Shown here one piece after another: positions 48,925 through 59,471 of a DNA stretch of 64,000 bases. The notes beneath the pieces are model-generated. The model saw nothing but the letters and a program-made list of their open reading frames with translations. It was not told the DNA's origin and ran no database searches. Position numbers and translations under genes: made by a program. Position 1 is the stretch's first letter, and the number at the start of each line of letters is the position of its first letter. The DNA comes from an uncultured Faecalibacterium sp. (lineage in GTDB: Bacteria > Bacillota > Clostridia > Oscillospirales > Ruminococcaceae): assembly GCA_900540455.1 (NCBI GenBank), contig UQGD01000003.1, positions 28,325-92,324 on the forward strand. Reading direction: 5' to 3'.

Positions 48925-49884
48925 ATGAAGACCAAACAAAAAGTGGGAAAAAAACACCCCGGCAAGCTCAAGAAAATGAGCGCCTATATGATCCTGACCC
49001 TGATCCTGATCAGCATCGTGGCGGTGCTGTTTGCGTTCCCGCTGTACTGGATCATCACCGGCTCCTTCAAAACCGGTGCGGCCATCAATGCCACTACTCC
49101 GGAGTGGTGGCCCAGCGAGTGGGTGCTTACCAACTATCAGAAGCTGTTTGCTGGCAAAAGCGCCCCTCTGTGGCAGCTGGCAGTGCCCTTTGGCAGTATG
49201 TTCAGCGCCGACGGCGAGCCCATCTACTTCTCGGTAGGCCCCGTGGTCCCCGCTGCCATCCGCTGGATGGTGAACACCGTGTTCATGGCGGTCATGTCCA
49301 TGATCCTTACCTGCATCACCGCCGCTATGGCTGGTTATGCCCTGGCAAAAAAGCGCTTTGTGGGCCGGCAGCTGCTGTTCACTCTGATCGTATGTGCCAT
49401 GGCTCTGCCCAAACAGGTCATCCTGATCCCCCTGCTGCGTGAGATGAGCTCTCTGCACCTGTACAACACGATCTGGGCCGTCATATTCCCCATTGTGGGC
49501 TGGCCGTTCGGCGTGTTCCTGATGAAACAGTTCAGTGAGGGCATACCGACGGAGATGATCGAAGCGGCCCGCATCGACGGCGCCAGTGAGGCAAAGACCT
49601 TTATCAGCATCGTACTGCCCATGGTCAAGCCGGGCATCGGCGCTCTGGCGATCTTTACCTTCATCAACAGCTGGAACGACTATTTCATGCAGTTGATCAT
49701 GCTGTCCAGCACCAGCAACCTGACCATCTCCCTGGGCATTGCAAAGCTCCAGGCAGAAAACAGCACCGACTTTGGCCTGATCATGGCAGGTGCAGCACTG
49801 GCAGCTGTGCCCATCATCATCATCTTCCTGATCTTCCAGAAGTACTTTACCAAGGGCATCGCTATGGGTGCCGTCAAGGGCTGA
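48925..49884 (+). CDS. Sugar ABC transporter permease (MalG-like)
   Basis: The EAA motif region EAARIDGASEAKTFISIVLPMVKPG is present. An AAAGGAGG RBS precedes the start. Confidence 0.85.
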   Translation: MKTKQKVGKKHPGKLKKMSAYMILTLILISIVAVLFAFPLYWIITGSFKTGAAINATTPEWWPSEWVLTNYQKLFAGKSAPLWQLAVPFGSMFSADGEPIYFSVGPVVPAAIRWMVNTVFMAVMSMILTCITAAMAGYALAKKRFVGRQLLFTLIVCAMALPKQVILIPLLREMSSLHLYNTIWAVIFPIVGWPFGVFLMKQFSEGIPTEMIEAARIDGASEAKTFISIVLPMVKPGIGALAIFTFINSWNDYFMQLIMLSSTSNLTISLGIAKLQAENSTDFGLIMAGAALAAVPIIIIFLIFQKYFTKGIAMGAVKG

Positions 49885-49909
49885 TCGAACGAAAGAAGGT
49901 TTGCATCTT

Positions 49910-50839
49910 ATGAAAGATATCCGCAAATACCAGGGTGTTATCCCTGCCTTTTATGCCTGCTATGATGAAAACGGGGCCGTTTCGGCCGAAGGCGCCAAAG
50001 CACTTACCCGCCATCTGATCTCCAAAGGGGTCAAGGGTGTGTATGTGGGCGGTTCTTCCGGCGAGTGCATCTACCAGCACCCGGACGAGCGCAAAGCGCT
50101 GCTGGAAGCTGTGATGAGCGAGGCCGAGGGCAAGCTGACCGTTATTGCTCATGTGGGCTGCAATAACACCGCCGACAGTGTAGAGCTGGCTGCCCATGCC
50201 GAAAGCGTGGGCGTGGATGCCATTGCCTCCATCCCTCCCATCTACTTCCACCTGCCGGAGCACGCCATTGCCCGCTACTGGAACGCAATGTCCGAGGCAG
50301 CCCCCAATACAGAGTTCGTGATCTACAATATCCCTCAGCTGGCAGGTACTGCACTGACCATGAGCCTGCTGAATGAGATGCTGAAGAACCCCAACGTGGT
50401 CGCAGTGAAAAACAGCTCGATGCCCACCCAGGATATCCAGATGTTCAAGGATGCCGGCATTGCAGCCCGCGGCGAAGGCAACTTTGTGGTGTTCAATGGC
50501 CCGGATGAGCAGTTTGTGGCAGGCCGCGCCATCGGCGCAGACGGCGGCATCGGCGGCACCTATGCTGTGATGCCGGAGCTGTATAACGCGATGCACCGCC
50601 TGGTGGACGAAGGCCGCATTGCAGAGGCTCGTGCCATCCAGTACGATGCCAACCGCATCATCTATAAGATGTGCGAGGCGCACGGCAACCTCTATGCAGT
50701 ACAGAAGGAGCTGCTGCATCGGATGTATGGCCTGAATCTGGGCAGCGTTCGTGCTCCGATGCCGGGTCTTGTGCCCAGCGACGAGGCTGTTGTGGTCGAG
50801 GCACAGCGGATGATCGAGCAGGCAGTGGCCAAGCTGTAA
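49910..50839 (+). CDS. nanA: N-acetylneuraminate lyase (DapA/NanA family)
   Basis: The product begins MKDIRKYQGVIPAFYACYDENG and contains GVKGVYVGGSSGE. The genomic context is the nan genes. Confidence 0.8.
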   Translation: MKDIRKYQGVIPAFYACYDENGAVSAEGAKALTRHLISKGVKGVYVGGSSGECIYQHPDERKALLEAVMSEAEGKLTVIAHVGCNNTADSVELAAHAESVGVDAIASIPPIYFHLPEHAIARYWNAMSEAAPNTEFVIYNIPQLAGTALTMSLLNEMLKNPNVVAVKNSSMPTQDIQMFKDAGIAARGEGNFVVFNGPDEQFVAGRAIGADGGIGGTYAVMPELYNAMHRLVDEGRIAEARAIQYDANRIIYKMCEAHGNLYAVQKELLHRMYGLNLGSVRAPMPGLVPSDEAVVVEAQRMIEQAVAKL

Positions 50840-50920
50840 TATCAAACACAAAGCCAGATCCGCTCAGTTTACAAAGGATAAAGCGCCCTCTCTCCCGTGG
50901 GGCAAAGTGCAGCCGGGGTC

Positions 50921-50963
50921 CGCCCGGCCGCCTTGCCCGATACAAGGAGGGCGGGCGTTTTTT
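50921..50963 (+). terminator. Imperfect internal terminator or attenuator between nanA and yhcH
   Basis: The stem cgcccggccgccttg/caaggagggcgggcg has two mismatches and is followed by TTTTTTGG. Confidence 0.45.
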
Positions 50964-51037
50964 GGCTTTTGGCGGGGCAGGGGGGACAGCAATAGGAGCT
51001 GTCCATCTCGCTTGTACCGCAGAAGGGAGCAGAACAA

Positions 51038-51489
51038 TGATCTGTGATACACTGGAGCATCTGGGCCGGTATCGCGGCCTGCACAAAAATCTGGACACCG
51101 CACTGGACTTTCTGGCCCGGCAGGACCTCTCCGCATTGCCGATGGGCACGACCCCTGTGGATGGGGAGGAAGTCTATGTGATGCGGATGGAGGCTGAGCT
51201 TCATCCCGCAGAGGGCACCTATCCGGAATACCATCGCATCTATGCGGATCTGCAGCTGGATCTCACAGGCGCCGAGGCTTGGGCCTATGCCAGCGAGCCG
51301 GGGGCTGAGGTGGGAGAGTACCGGGTGGATATCGGTTTCCAGAATAGCCCCGCGGCGCTGAATGGCACACTGGGACAGGGACGGTTTATGCTGTTCTTCC
51401 CGGGGGAACTGCATCACCCTGGACTGTGCAGCCCGGAAAGCACCGCAGTGGATAAGATCGTGATCAAAATCAAAATGGAGGAACAATAA
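51038..51489 (+). CDS. YhcH/YjgK/YiaL-family protein (putative N-acetylneuraminate anomerase NanQ)
   Basis: DUF386 family features are present, EVYVMRMEAELHPAE and HRIYADLQLDL. Confidence 0.75.
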
Positions 51490-52194
51490 ATGGATAAGCA
51501 AGCGTTGTTTGACCAGATCAAGGGCGGGCTGATCGTCAGCTGCCAGGCGCTGGAGCATGAGCCCCTGTATACCAAGGAAGGCGGCGTGATGCCTTTGATG
51601 GCAAAGGCGGCTGCACAAAGCGGCGCAGTGGGCATCCGTGCCAACACGGTGCGGGACATCACCCAGATCAAAGCAGTGGTGGATCTGCCGGTGATCGGCA
51701 TCATCAAAAAGGACTATCCCGGCACCCCTATGTATATCACGGTTACCATGGCAGAGGTGGATGCTCTGGTGGAGTGCGGCGTGGATATCCTGGCAGTACA
51801 GGGCACCAGTGCCCTTCGTCCGGACGGCTCCACGGCAGCAGACTTTATCCGGCAGATCAAGGCTAAGTATCCGCAGCAGCTGGTAATGGCGGATATTGCC
51901 ACTTTGGAGGAGGCTATGGCCTGTGCGGAGGCCGGTGCAGACTTTGTGGGCACCACCATGCGGGGCTATACGCCGGAGACCAAGGGCATTGATGATATCG
52001 ATTTTGCCTTTATCACCGAGCTGACCCAGAAGTGCCCGGCAAAGGTCATTGCAGAGGGCCATATCCACAGCCCGGAACAGGCAGTGCAGGCTCTGCAGGC
52101 CGGGGCTTTTGCTCTGGTGGTAGGCGGTGCGATCACCCGCCCGGCAGAGATCACGGCACGCTTTACTGGTGCGATCCGCGCAATGGAGCAATAA
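51490..52194 (+). CDS. nanE: N-acetylmannosamine-6-phosphate 2-epimerase
   Basis: The product contains LIVSCQALEHEPLY...IRANTVRDI...PVIGIIKKDY. Confidence 0.9.
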   Translation: MDKQALFDQIKGGLIVSCQALEHEPLYTKEGGVMPLMAKAAAQSGAVGIRANTVRDITQIKAVVDLPVIGIIKKDYPGTPMYITVTMAEVDALVECGVDILAVQGTSALRPDGSTAADFIRQIKAKYPQQLVMADIATLEEAMACAEAGADFVGTTMRGYTPETKGIDDIDFAFITELTQKCPAKVIAEGHIHSPEQAVQALQAGAFALVVGGAITRPAEITARFTGAIRAMEQ

Positions 52195-52207
52195 AAAGGG
52201 GGCTGCT

Positions 52208-53131
52208 ATGAAACAGTATCTCGGCATCGATATTGGCGGAACAGCAGTCAAACTGGGCCTGGTGGATGAGCAGGGCCAGGTGCTGGCCCGGCAGGAGCAG
52301 AGCGTTAGCTTTGATGATTATAAGACCCCGATCCTGGATACCGTGCTGGCAGCTGCGCAGCAGTTTGTTGCCGACCATCCGGCAGAGCTTTCCGGTATTG
52401 GCGTATCCGCTACCGGGCAGATCGACAGCCGGAAAGGCATCGTGGCGGGCACCTGCGGCAATCTGCCCAACTATATCGGCAGCCCCATCAAGGCTTCGTT
52501 GGAGCAGGTGTTCCATCTGCCGGTCACAGTGGCAAACGACGCCAACTGTATGACCTTGGGCGAAGTCTGGGCCGGCGCAGCAAAAGGCTATACAGATGTC
52601 ATTGGTGTAACGCTGGGCACAGGTGTGGGCGGCGGCATCCTTACCGGCGGCCGCCTTCTGGAAGGTGCCCGGGGACTGGGCGGCGAGCTGGGCCATTGCC
52701 GGGTCCATGCGCTGGACGGTGTGCTGTGTACCTGCGGAGCTTCCGGCTGCTGGGAGCGCTATGCAGCAACCACGGCGCTGGTGCGCAATGCATCGCCCCT
52801 TGATCCGTCGCTCTGCGATGGCCGGGCGATCTTTGCTGCGGCCAAAGCAGGGGATGTGCGGGTACTGGCTTTGCTGGAGGATTGGATCGATGAGATCGCA
52901 CAGGGTCTGGCCGGGCTGGTGCATATCTTCAATCCGCAGCTGATCCTGATCGGAGGCGGCGTCAGCGCCCAGCAGGAGCTTCTGATCGATCCGCTGGCTG
53001 CCCGGGTCAAGGCATCGGTCATGCCGGCTTTTGCGCAGGGGTTGGAGCTGCGGGCCGCACAGCTGCACAATGATGCAGGTCTGGTAGGTGCAGTCTATTA
53101 TTTCCGCCAAACACAGGAGGCTTTGGAATGA
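52208..53131 (+). CDS. nanK: ROK-family sugar kinase (likely N-acetylmannosamine kinase)
   Basis: The N-terminus LGIDIGGTAVKLGLVD is present. The ROK zinc motif CTCGASGCWE follows. Confidence 0.85.
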   Translation: MKQYLGIDIGGTAVKLGLVDEQGQVLARQEQSVSFDDYKTPILDTVLAAAQQFVADHPAELSGIGVSATGQIDSRKGIVAGTCGNLPNYIGSPIKASLEQVFHLPVTVANDANCMTLGEVWAGAAKGYTDVIGVTLGTGVGGGILTGGRLLEGARGLGGELGHCRVHALDGVLCTCGASGCWERYAATTALVRNASPLDPSLCDGRAIFAAAKAGDVRVLALLEDWIDEIAQGLAGLVHIFNPQLILIGGGVSAQQELLIDPLAARVKASVMPAFAQGLELRAAQLHNDAGLVGAVYYFRQTQEALE

Positions 53132-53766
53132 AAAAACATATTCTCTGCCTGGGGGATTCCAATACCCATGGCTATTGTGCCGACCCGGCTGACTGCGCAG
53201 ACGGAGGCATCCGTTTTAATGAGGAGGAGCGCTGGACCTGTCGTTTGCAGGCAGCGCTGGGGCCGGATTACCTGGTGACGGAGGAAGGACTCTCCGGACG
53301 AACGACCGTGTTCGTGGACCCGCTGCATGAGTCGATGGATGCGTTGTCGGTGCTGTATCCGCTGCTGAAGAGCCATGAGTTCCTGGATCTGCTGGTGATC
53401 ATGCTGGGCACCAACGATGTAAAGGAGCGCTTTGGTGTCAACGCCGTGTGCATTGGCCTTGGCATGGAGCGGCTGCTGCAGCGGGCCAAGAGCATCGATT
53501 GCTGGGGCGGCAAAGCGCCCAACATCCTGGTGGTAGCGCCGCCGCCCATTGGGGAAGGCTTCTGCGACCCCGCTATGGGCGAGGGCTGCGTGGAGCGCTC
53601 CCGCGGCGTAGCAGAACAGCTGCGGCTGGTAGCACAGCGCAATGGCGTGCATTTTGTGGATGCCGCTGCCTGTGAGTTTAACCAGGTGGACCATATGCAC
53701 TTGACCCGTCAGGGACATGCGCAGCTGGCACAGCTGCTGACCGAGACGATCCCCTCGCTGCTGTAA
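53128..53766 (+). CDS. SGNH/GDSL hydrolase (candidate sialate O-acetylesterase)
   Basis: The GDSNTHG catalytic Ser block is present with a GTND block. The last gene of the nan operon overlaps its start. Confidence 0.75.
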   Translation: MKKHILCLGDSNTHGYCADPADCADGGIRFNEEERWTCRLQAALGPDYLVTEEGLSGRTTVFVDPLHESMDALSVLYPLLKSHEFLDLLVIMLGTNDVKERFGVNAVCIGLGMERLLQRAKSIDCWGGKAPNILVVAPPPIGEGFCDPAMGEGCVERSRGVAEQLRLVAQRNGVHFVDAAACEFNQVDHMHLTRQGHAQLAQLLTETIPSLL

Positions 53767-53776
53767 AAACAATAAA

Positions 53777-53814
53777 CACCCCCTGTCCCTGCCGGACAGA
53801 GGGTGTTTGCTTTG
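53777..53814 (+). terminator. Rho-independent terminator after the nan operon
   Basis: The stem caccccctgtcc/ggacagagggtg is followed by TTTGCTTTG. Confidence 0.6.
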
Positions 53815-53916
53815 TCGGGACTGGCTTTCACACAGCCTGCACATCCCCGGCCTGGTTTTTTCCGGTTGGATGTGCTACAATAAAATACAAAGCTGTAATG
53901 GAAAGGGGGAGTCCCG

Positions 53917-55638
53917 GTGGATGCGATCCGCCTGTGTCCCTATTGTCTGCGCCCTGCACCGATCCCTGCATCAGCCTGTCCTCATTGCGCCCACCGGTTT
54001 GCGGGGGTCAATCCGGCGGGCAGCCTGCCTGTGGGCACGGTGCTGGCTGGGCGCTATACCATCGGTGAACTGATCCGCGTTGACGGAGAGGGCATCCTCT
54101 ACCAAGGGGCAGAAAACCACGGTGCTTTCCGCGTGACCGTCAAAGAGTATCTTCCGCTGACCCTTTCTGCCGAGCGTACCGATGGCCTGATGCTGCGTCC
54201 AAAACCCGGCAGCGAGGTGCTGTTCAAGACCACCCGGATGGATTTTGCAGACCTGTACCGTTCCATTCAACGGATCACCCCGGCTAACGGTCTGGAGGCT
54301 GTGCTGGATGTAGTGGAGGCCAATAACACGGTCTATGCTGTGATGGAGAGCCCGGGCGGCCGCCCGCTACAGAAATGGCTGGAGGAACACCCCGGCCCCG
54401 TAGACCCGGCACAGGCACGGGAGATGCTGCGTCCGGTGTTTGATGGTGTGGTCGCTATGCACCGGGTGGGGCTGGTGCACCGGGGGATCTGCCCGGAAAA
54501 TATCCGTGTGTTGGATAATGGCCGGGCACGTCTGGCGGGCTATGCTACCGTGGGGCTGCGCACCGCAGGCAGCGGCCTGCACGAACAGCTGTACGAAGGC
54601 TATTCTGCGCCGGAACAGTATTCCACTGCGGAATTTGAGGGCCGCTATACCGACGAATACAGCCTGGCCGCCGTATTTTACCGCATGGTCTGCGGCCAGA
54701 GCCCGGTTCCGGCAGCACAGCGGGCAGTGTCCGACTCGAACCCACGGGCTAAGACGCTGGAACCGTCGGTGCCGGTCTATGTTTCAGAGGCGCTGCAAAT
54801 GGGTCTGCGGCTCAAACCCGCCGAGCGGATACAGACGGTACCGCTGCTGATGGAGGCCCTGTCCTCGCCAGAAAAGACCGATGAGCTGGCCCGCAGTCTG
54901 CGTTCCATTCCGGAGGAGGGGGAGGCCGGGGCCAAAACAGGCCGTGGGCGGAGACCCTCGGTGCAGACCATATTGACCAGCATTTTGCTTTTGCTGGCGG
55001 TGCTGACGGCGCTGACCTTGTGGAGCATGCTGGGCCGTCTTTCTGCATTGGAGGCCCCTCCTGCATCGTCTCCAGCATCCTCGGAAGCGGACTCCTCTTC
55101 GGTGATCACACAGCCAAAAAATCAGGTACCCAACCTGGTGGGCATCTCCTATGCGCAGGTGCAGAACCATCGGGAGTATACTGGGATCTATCTGTTCTAT
55201 GTTACCGAGGAATACAGCGATGATGTGCCTGCCGGCACGATCCTGCGCCAACAGCCGGAGGCCGGTACACTGCTTCCGGCAGGGGAGACCATCCGTCTTG
55301 TGGTCAGTAAAGGACCGAAGATGGTGGAGATGCCCCAGCTGATCGGTTTCCCGCAGGATAGTGCTGTGCGGGAGCTGGAAAGCCGGGGTCTGGTTCCCAG
55401 CTGCTTTATGGTGTTCAATGATGGGTCCTATGCTTCCGGCTGTGTGGTCTCTGCCAGTGTGGAAGCGGGAACCATGGCGGAAGTAGGCTCCACCGTAGTG
55501 GTGTATATTGCTGCCGACCGGGATGTGCCGGTGTCGGCGGCTCCGGAGGAGCCTGCCGCATCCCCTGCGCCCGCACCGGCCGAGAGCGCCCCGTCAGCAG
55601 AGGAGGGCGCTTCCTCTGCGCAGCAGCTCCCAGAATAA
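53917..55638 (+). CDS. Membrane-anchored PASTA-domain pseudokinase with an N-terminal zinc ribbon
   Basis: A zinc ribbon, CPYC...CPHC, is followed by a kinase-like domain with degenerate catalytic motifs. These are HRGICPENI in place of HRDxKPxN, AGY in place of DFG, and no GxGxxG, while the VTVKEY Lys and SAPE are retained. A TM helix and two PASTA repeats follow, then a Pro/Ala/Ser-rich tail. The start is GTG with an AAAGGGGGAG RBS. Confidence 0.75.
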   Translation: MDAIRLCPYCLRPAPIPASACPHCAHRFAGVNPAGSLPVGTVLAGRYTIGELIRVDGEGILYQGAENHGAFRVTVKEYLPLTLSAERTDGLMLRPKPGSEVLFKTTRMDFADLYRSIQRITPANGLEAVLDVVEANNTVYAVMESPGGRPLQKWLEEHPGPVDPAQAREMLRPVFDGVVAMHRVGLVHRGICPENIRVLDNGRARLAGYATVGLRTAGSGLHEQLYEGYSAPEQYSTAEFEGRYTDEYSLAAVFYRMVCGQSPVPAAQRAVSDSNPRAKTLEPSVPVYVSEALQMGLRLKPAERIQTVPLLMEALSSPEKTDELARSLRSIPEEGEAGAKTGRGRRPSVQTILTSILLLLAVLTALTLWSMLGRLSALEAPPASSPASSEADSSSVITQPKNQVPNLVGISYAQVQNHREYTGIYLFYVTEEYSDDVPAGTILRQQPEAGTLLPAGETIRLVVSKGPKMVEMPQLIGFPQDSAVRELESRGLVPSCFMVFNDGSYASGCVVSASVEAGTMAEVGSTVVVYIAADRDVPVSAAPEEPAASPAPAPAESAPSAEEGASSAQQLPE

Positions 55639-55650
55639 AAAGGAGGGCCT

Positions 55651-56463
55651 ATGACCGAAAAAAGCTACGATACCCCCTGCGGGTCCATCCATTATTGGGT
55701 CAGCCGTGCCGTGGAAAAAGCATATACCCTCGTGTTTTTGCCAGGTCTTACAGCGGATCATCGCCTGTTTGAGCGGCAGCTGGCGTATTTTGCTCCGCGC
55801 TGCCCCGTGCTGGTGTGGGATGCGCCGGGACATGGACGTTCCTGGCCGTTCCGGCTGGATTTTACCCTGATGGAGAAAGCACGCTGGCTGGAGGAGATCC
55901 TGCAGCGGGAGGCTCTGCCCCCGCCGGTACTGGTAGGCCAGTCGATGGGGGGATATGTGGCTCAGGCTTTTATGCAGCAGTTCCCTGGCAGGGCGAAGGG
56001 CTTTGTCTCCATTGATTCGGCTCCGCTGCAGCGGCAGTATGTCACCGGGGCAGAGCTGTATCTTTTGCAGCGGATGGAGCCAGTCTATCGCTGGTATCCT
56101 TGGTCGCTGCTGGTTTGGTCCGGCAGCGTGGGGTGTGCGGTCTCTCCGTATGGTCAGGAGATGATGCGTCGGATGATGGATGCCTATACCGGGGATCGGC
56201 CCCGATATGCGGCATTGGCAGGCCATGGATACAGGATGCTGGCCCAGGCGATGGCGGCAGACCTGCCTTATCGCATCGACTGCCCGGCGCTGCTGCTCTG
56301 CGGCCGGAAGGATCAGGCGGGTTCCACCCGGCGATATAACAAAGCCTGGCATCGCTGCACCGGGATTCCCCTGGTCTGGCTGGAAAATGCGGGCCATAAT
56401 TCCAACTGTGATAAGCCGCAGCTGGTCAATGCCCTGTTGGAGCGTTTTGTGGCCCAGCTGTAA
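55651..56463 (+). CDS. Alpha/beta-fold hydrolase
   Basis: A GQSMGG nucleophile elbow is present. An AAAAAGGAGGG RBS lies 12 nt after the upstream stop. Confidence 0.8.
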   Translation: MTEKSYDTPCGSIHYWVSRAVEKAYTLVFLPGLTADHRLFERQLAYFAPRCPVLVWDAPGHGRSWPFRLDFTLMEKARWLEEILQREALPPPVLVGQSMGGYVAQAFMQQFPGRAKGFVSIDSAPLQRQYVTGAELYLLQRMEPVYRWYPWSLLVWSGSVGCAVSPYGQEMMRRMMDAYTGDRPRYAALAGHGYRMLAQAMAADLPYRIDCPALLLCGRKDQAGSTRRYNKAWHRCTGIPLVWLENAGHNSNCDKPQLVNALLERFVAQL

Positions 56464-56473
56464 GGAGGATCTT

Positions 56474-56638
56474 ATGGAAAACCAGACAGTCATAAACAAA
56501 ACTGTAAAGTCCGGCCTTACCTTTGGCAGTGCCCTGGCAATGGTCATCAGCTATACCACCTGACATTCGGTAGGGTGGGCCATTCTCCATGGTCTGATGA
56601 GCTGGGTGTATGTGCTGTATTTCGTTCTTCGCTACTAA
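56474..56638 (+). pseudogene. Small two-TM membrane protein ORF interrupted by an in-frame TGA at 56561-56563
   Basis: A TAAGGAGGA RBS precedes the start. The product MENQTVINKTVKSGLTFGSALAMVISYTT runs into TGA, then continues in the same frame as HSVGWAILHGLMSWVYVLYFVLRY to stop. Confidence 0.4.
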
Positions 56639-56642
56639 GATG

Positions 56643-56690
56643 CAAAAACCGGGGGCTTTCCACTATGACGGAAAGCCCCCGGTTTTATTT
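56643..56690. terminator. Bidirectional rho-independent terminator
   Basis: The 13-bp stem ccgggggctttcc/ggaaagcccccgg is flanked by an A-run and a T-run. Confidence 0.75.
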
Positions 56691-56701
56691 GTATAGTTGG
56701 A

Positions 56702-58132
<1,431 letters not shown>

Positions 58133-58134
58133 TT

Positions 58135-58163
58135 ATTATAAAACTTTGCTTTGCGTTTGACAA
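58135..58163 (-). promoter_or_regulatory. Sigma-70 promoter (TTGTCA-17-TATAAT) for gdhA
   Basis: The reverse complement of 58135-58163 gives the hexamers. Confidence 0.6.
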
Positions 58164-58374
58164 TAGCGCTGCGCCAAAAACTTTAGAAAAAACAGATTAA
58201 AAGCCGGACACGCTTCACAAAACAAGAATAAAAAGCAAAAACCGGGAGATGACTTTATTTTATAAAGCAATGCGTGCTTTTGTGTCCCGTCCGAAAAAGT
58301 GTGCCTTTTGCTTGCCGGGGCATGCAAACACAAAACCCCCGCCCGGCGTACCGGACAGGGGACAAAGACGGCGA

Positions 58375-59217
58375 TTACTTCAGCAGCTTTTCGCAGGCAT
58401 CGGCAGCGCCTTCCAGATACTGGCCGCCGTAGGTCTCGATCAGCCCTGCGTCCGACAGACGAGCCAGCTCAGGGTCGATGGGGCACTTGGCCAGCACAGG
58501 CAGGTTATGCTTGGCGGCTACCTCATCCACATGGCTTTCGCCAAAGACCTGGATCTTCTTGCCGCAGTCCGGGCAGAGGATATAGCTCATATTCTCTACG
58601 ATGCCCAGCATGGGTACCTTCATCATCTCGGCCATGTTCACAGCCTTGGCTACGATCATGCTCACCAGCTCCTGGGGGCTGGCGACCACAACGATGCCGT
58701 CTACCGGCAGGCTCTGGAACACGGTCAGCGGCACGTCGCCGGTGCCCGGGGGCATATCCACGAACAGGAAGTCCACGTCCTTCCAGACCACGTCGGTCCA
58801 GAACTGCTTGACTGCGCCGGCAATGACCGGGCCGCGCCAGACCACGGGATCTTCCTCGTTTTCCACCAGCAGGTTGATGCTCATCACATCAATGCCCATC
58901 CGGCTCTGGATCGGCCAGCAGCCCTGGTCGTCTGCCATAGCACGGCCGTGGATGCCGAACAGCTTGGGGATGGACGGGCCGGTGATATCGGCGTCCAGCA
59001 CGCCGCAGTGATAGCCGCGGCGAGCCATTGCGCAGGCCAGCAGAGCGCTGGTCATGCTTTTGCCCACGCCGCCCTTGCCGGACACAACACCGATCACCTT
59101 GCCAATGCGGCTGTGAGGGTTGGGGGCGTCATGCTGCGGGGCCTCGCGGGAAGAGCAGGCTGCCCCGCAATGGGAGCAGTCATGAGTGCATTCTTCGCTC
59201 ATTCTCTCGTTGCGCAC
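58375..59217 (-). CDS. apbC: Mrp/NBP35/ApbC-family Fe-S cluster carrier ATPase with an N-terminal Cys-rich extension
   Basis: A deviant Walker A motif GKGGVGKS is present. A CPDCGK zinc/Fe-S motif is also present. The N-terminus carries CTHDCSHCGAAC. The start is ambiguous between GTG 59217 and ATG 59202. Confidence 0.85.
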   Translation of the reverse strand: MRNERMSEECTHDCSHCGAACSSREAPQHDAPNPHSRIGKVIGVVSGKGGVGKSMTSALLACAMARRGYHCGVLDADITGPSIPKLFGIHGRAMADDQGCWPIQSRMGIDVMSINLLVENEEDPVVWRGPVIAGAVKQFWTDVVWKDVDFLFVDMPPGTGDVPLTVFQSLPVDGIVVVASPQELVSMIVAKAVNMAEMMKVPMLGIVENMSYILCPDCGKKIQVFGESHVDEVAAKHNLPVLAKCPIDPELARLSDAGLIETYGGQYLEGAADACEKLLK

Positions 59218-59471
59218 AGATCTCCTGGAAGGGGGTCTATGCGTTTTCCTCCTTGTATTTTCTAGATCAAAGGACGGCGGACCCGCCCTTGGGTTTGACC
59301 GGTCTCATTTTACCATAAATACCGGGAAGAAACAACCCGCCTGGTTGAGTTGAATATCCTTTGAAGATTTGACTTTACTTTTCTAGACCGCAGATTTATA
59401 ATCAAAACGACTTTAGGAGGAGATTATGGTGGATATCCCTTGATATAGGAAATAAAAGGAGGAGAATATTT

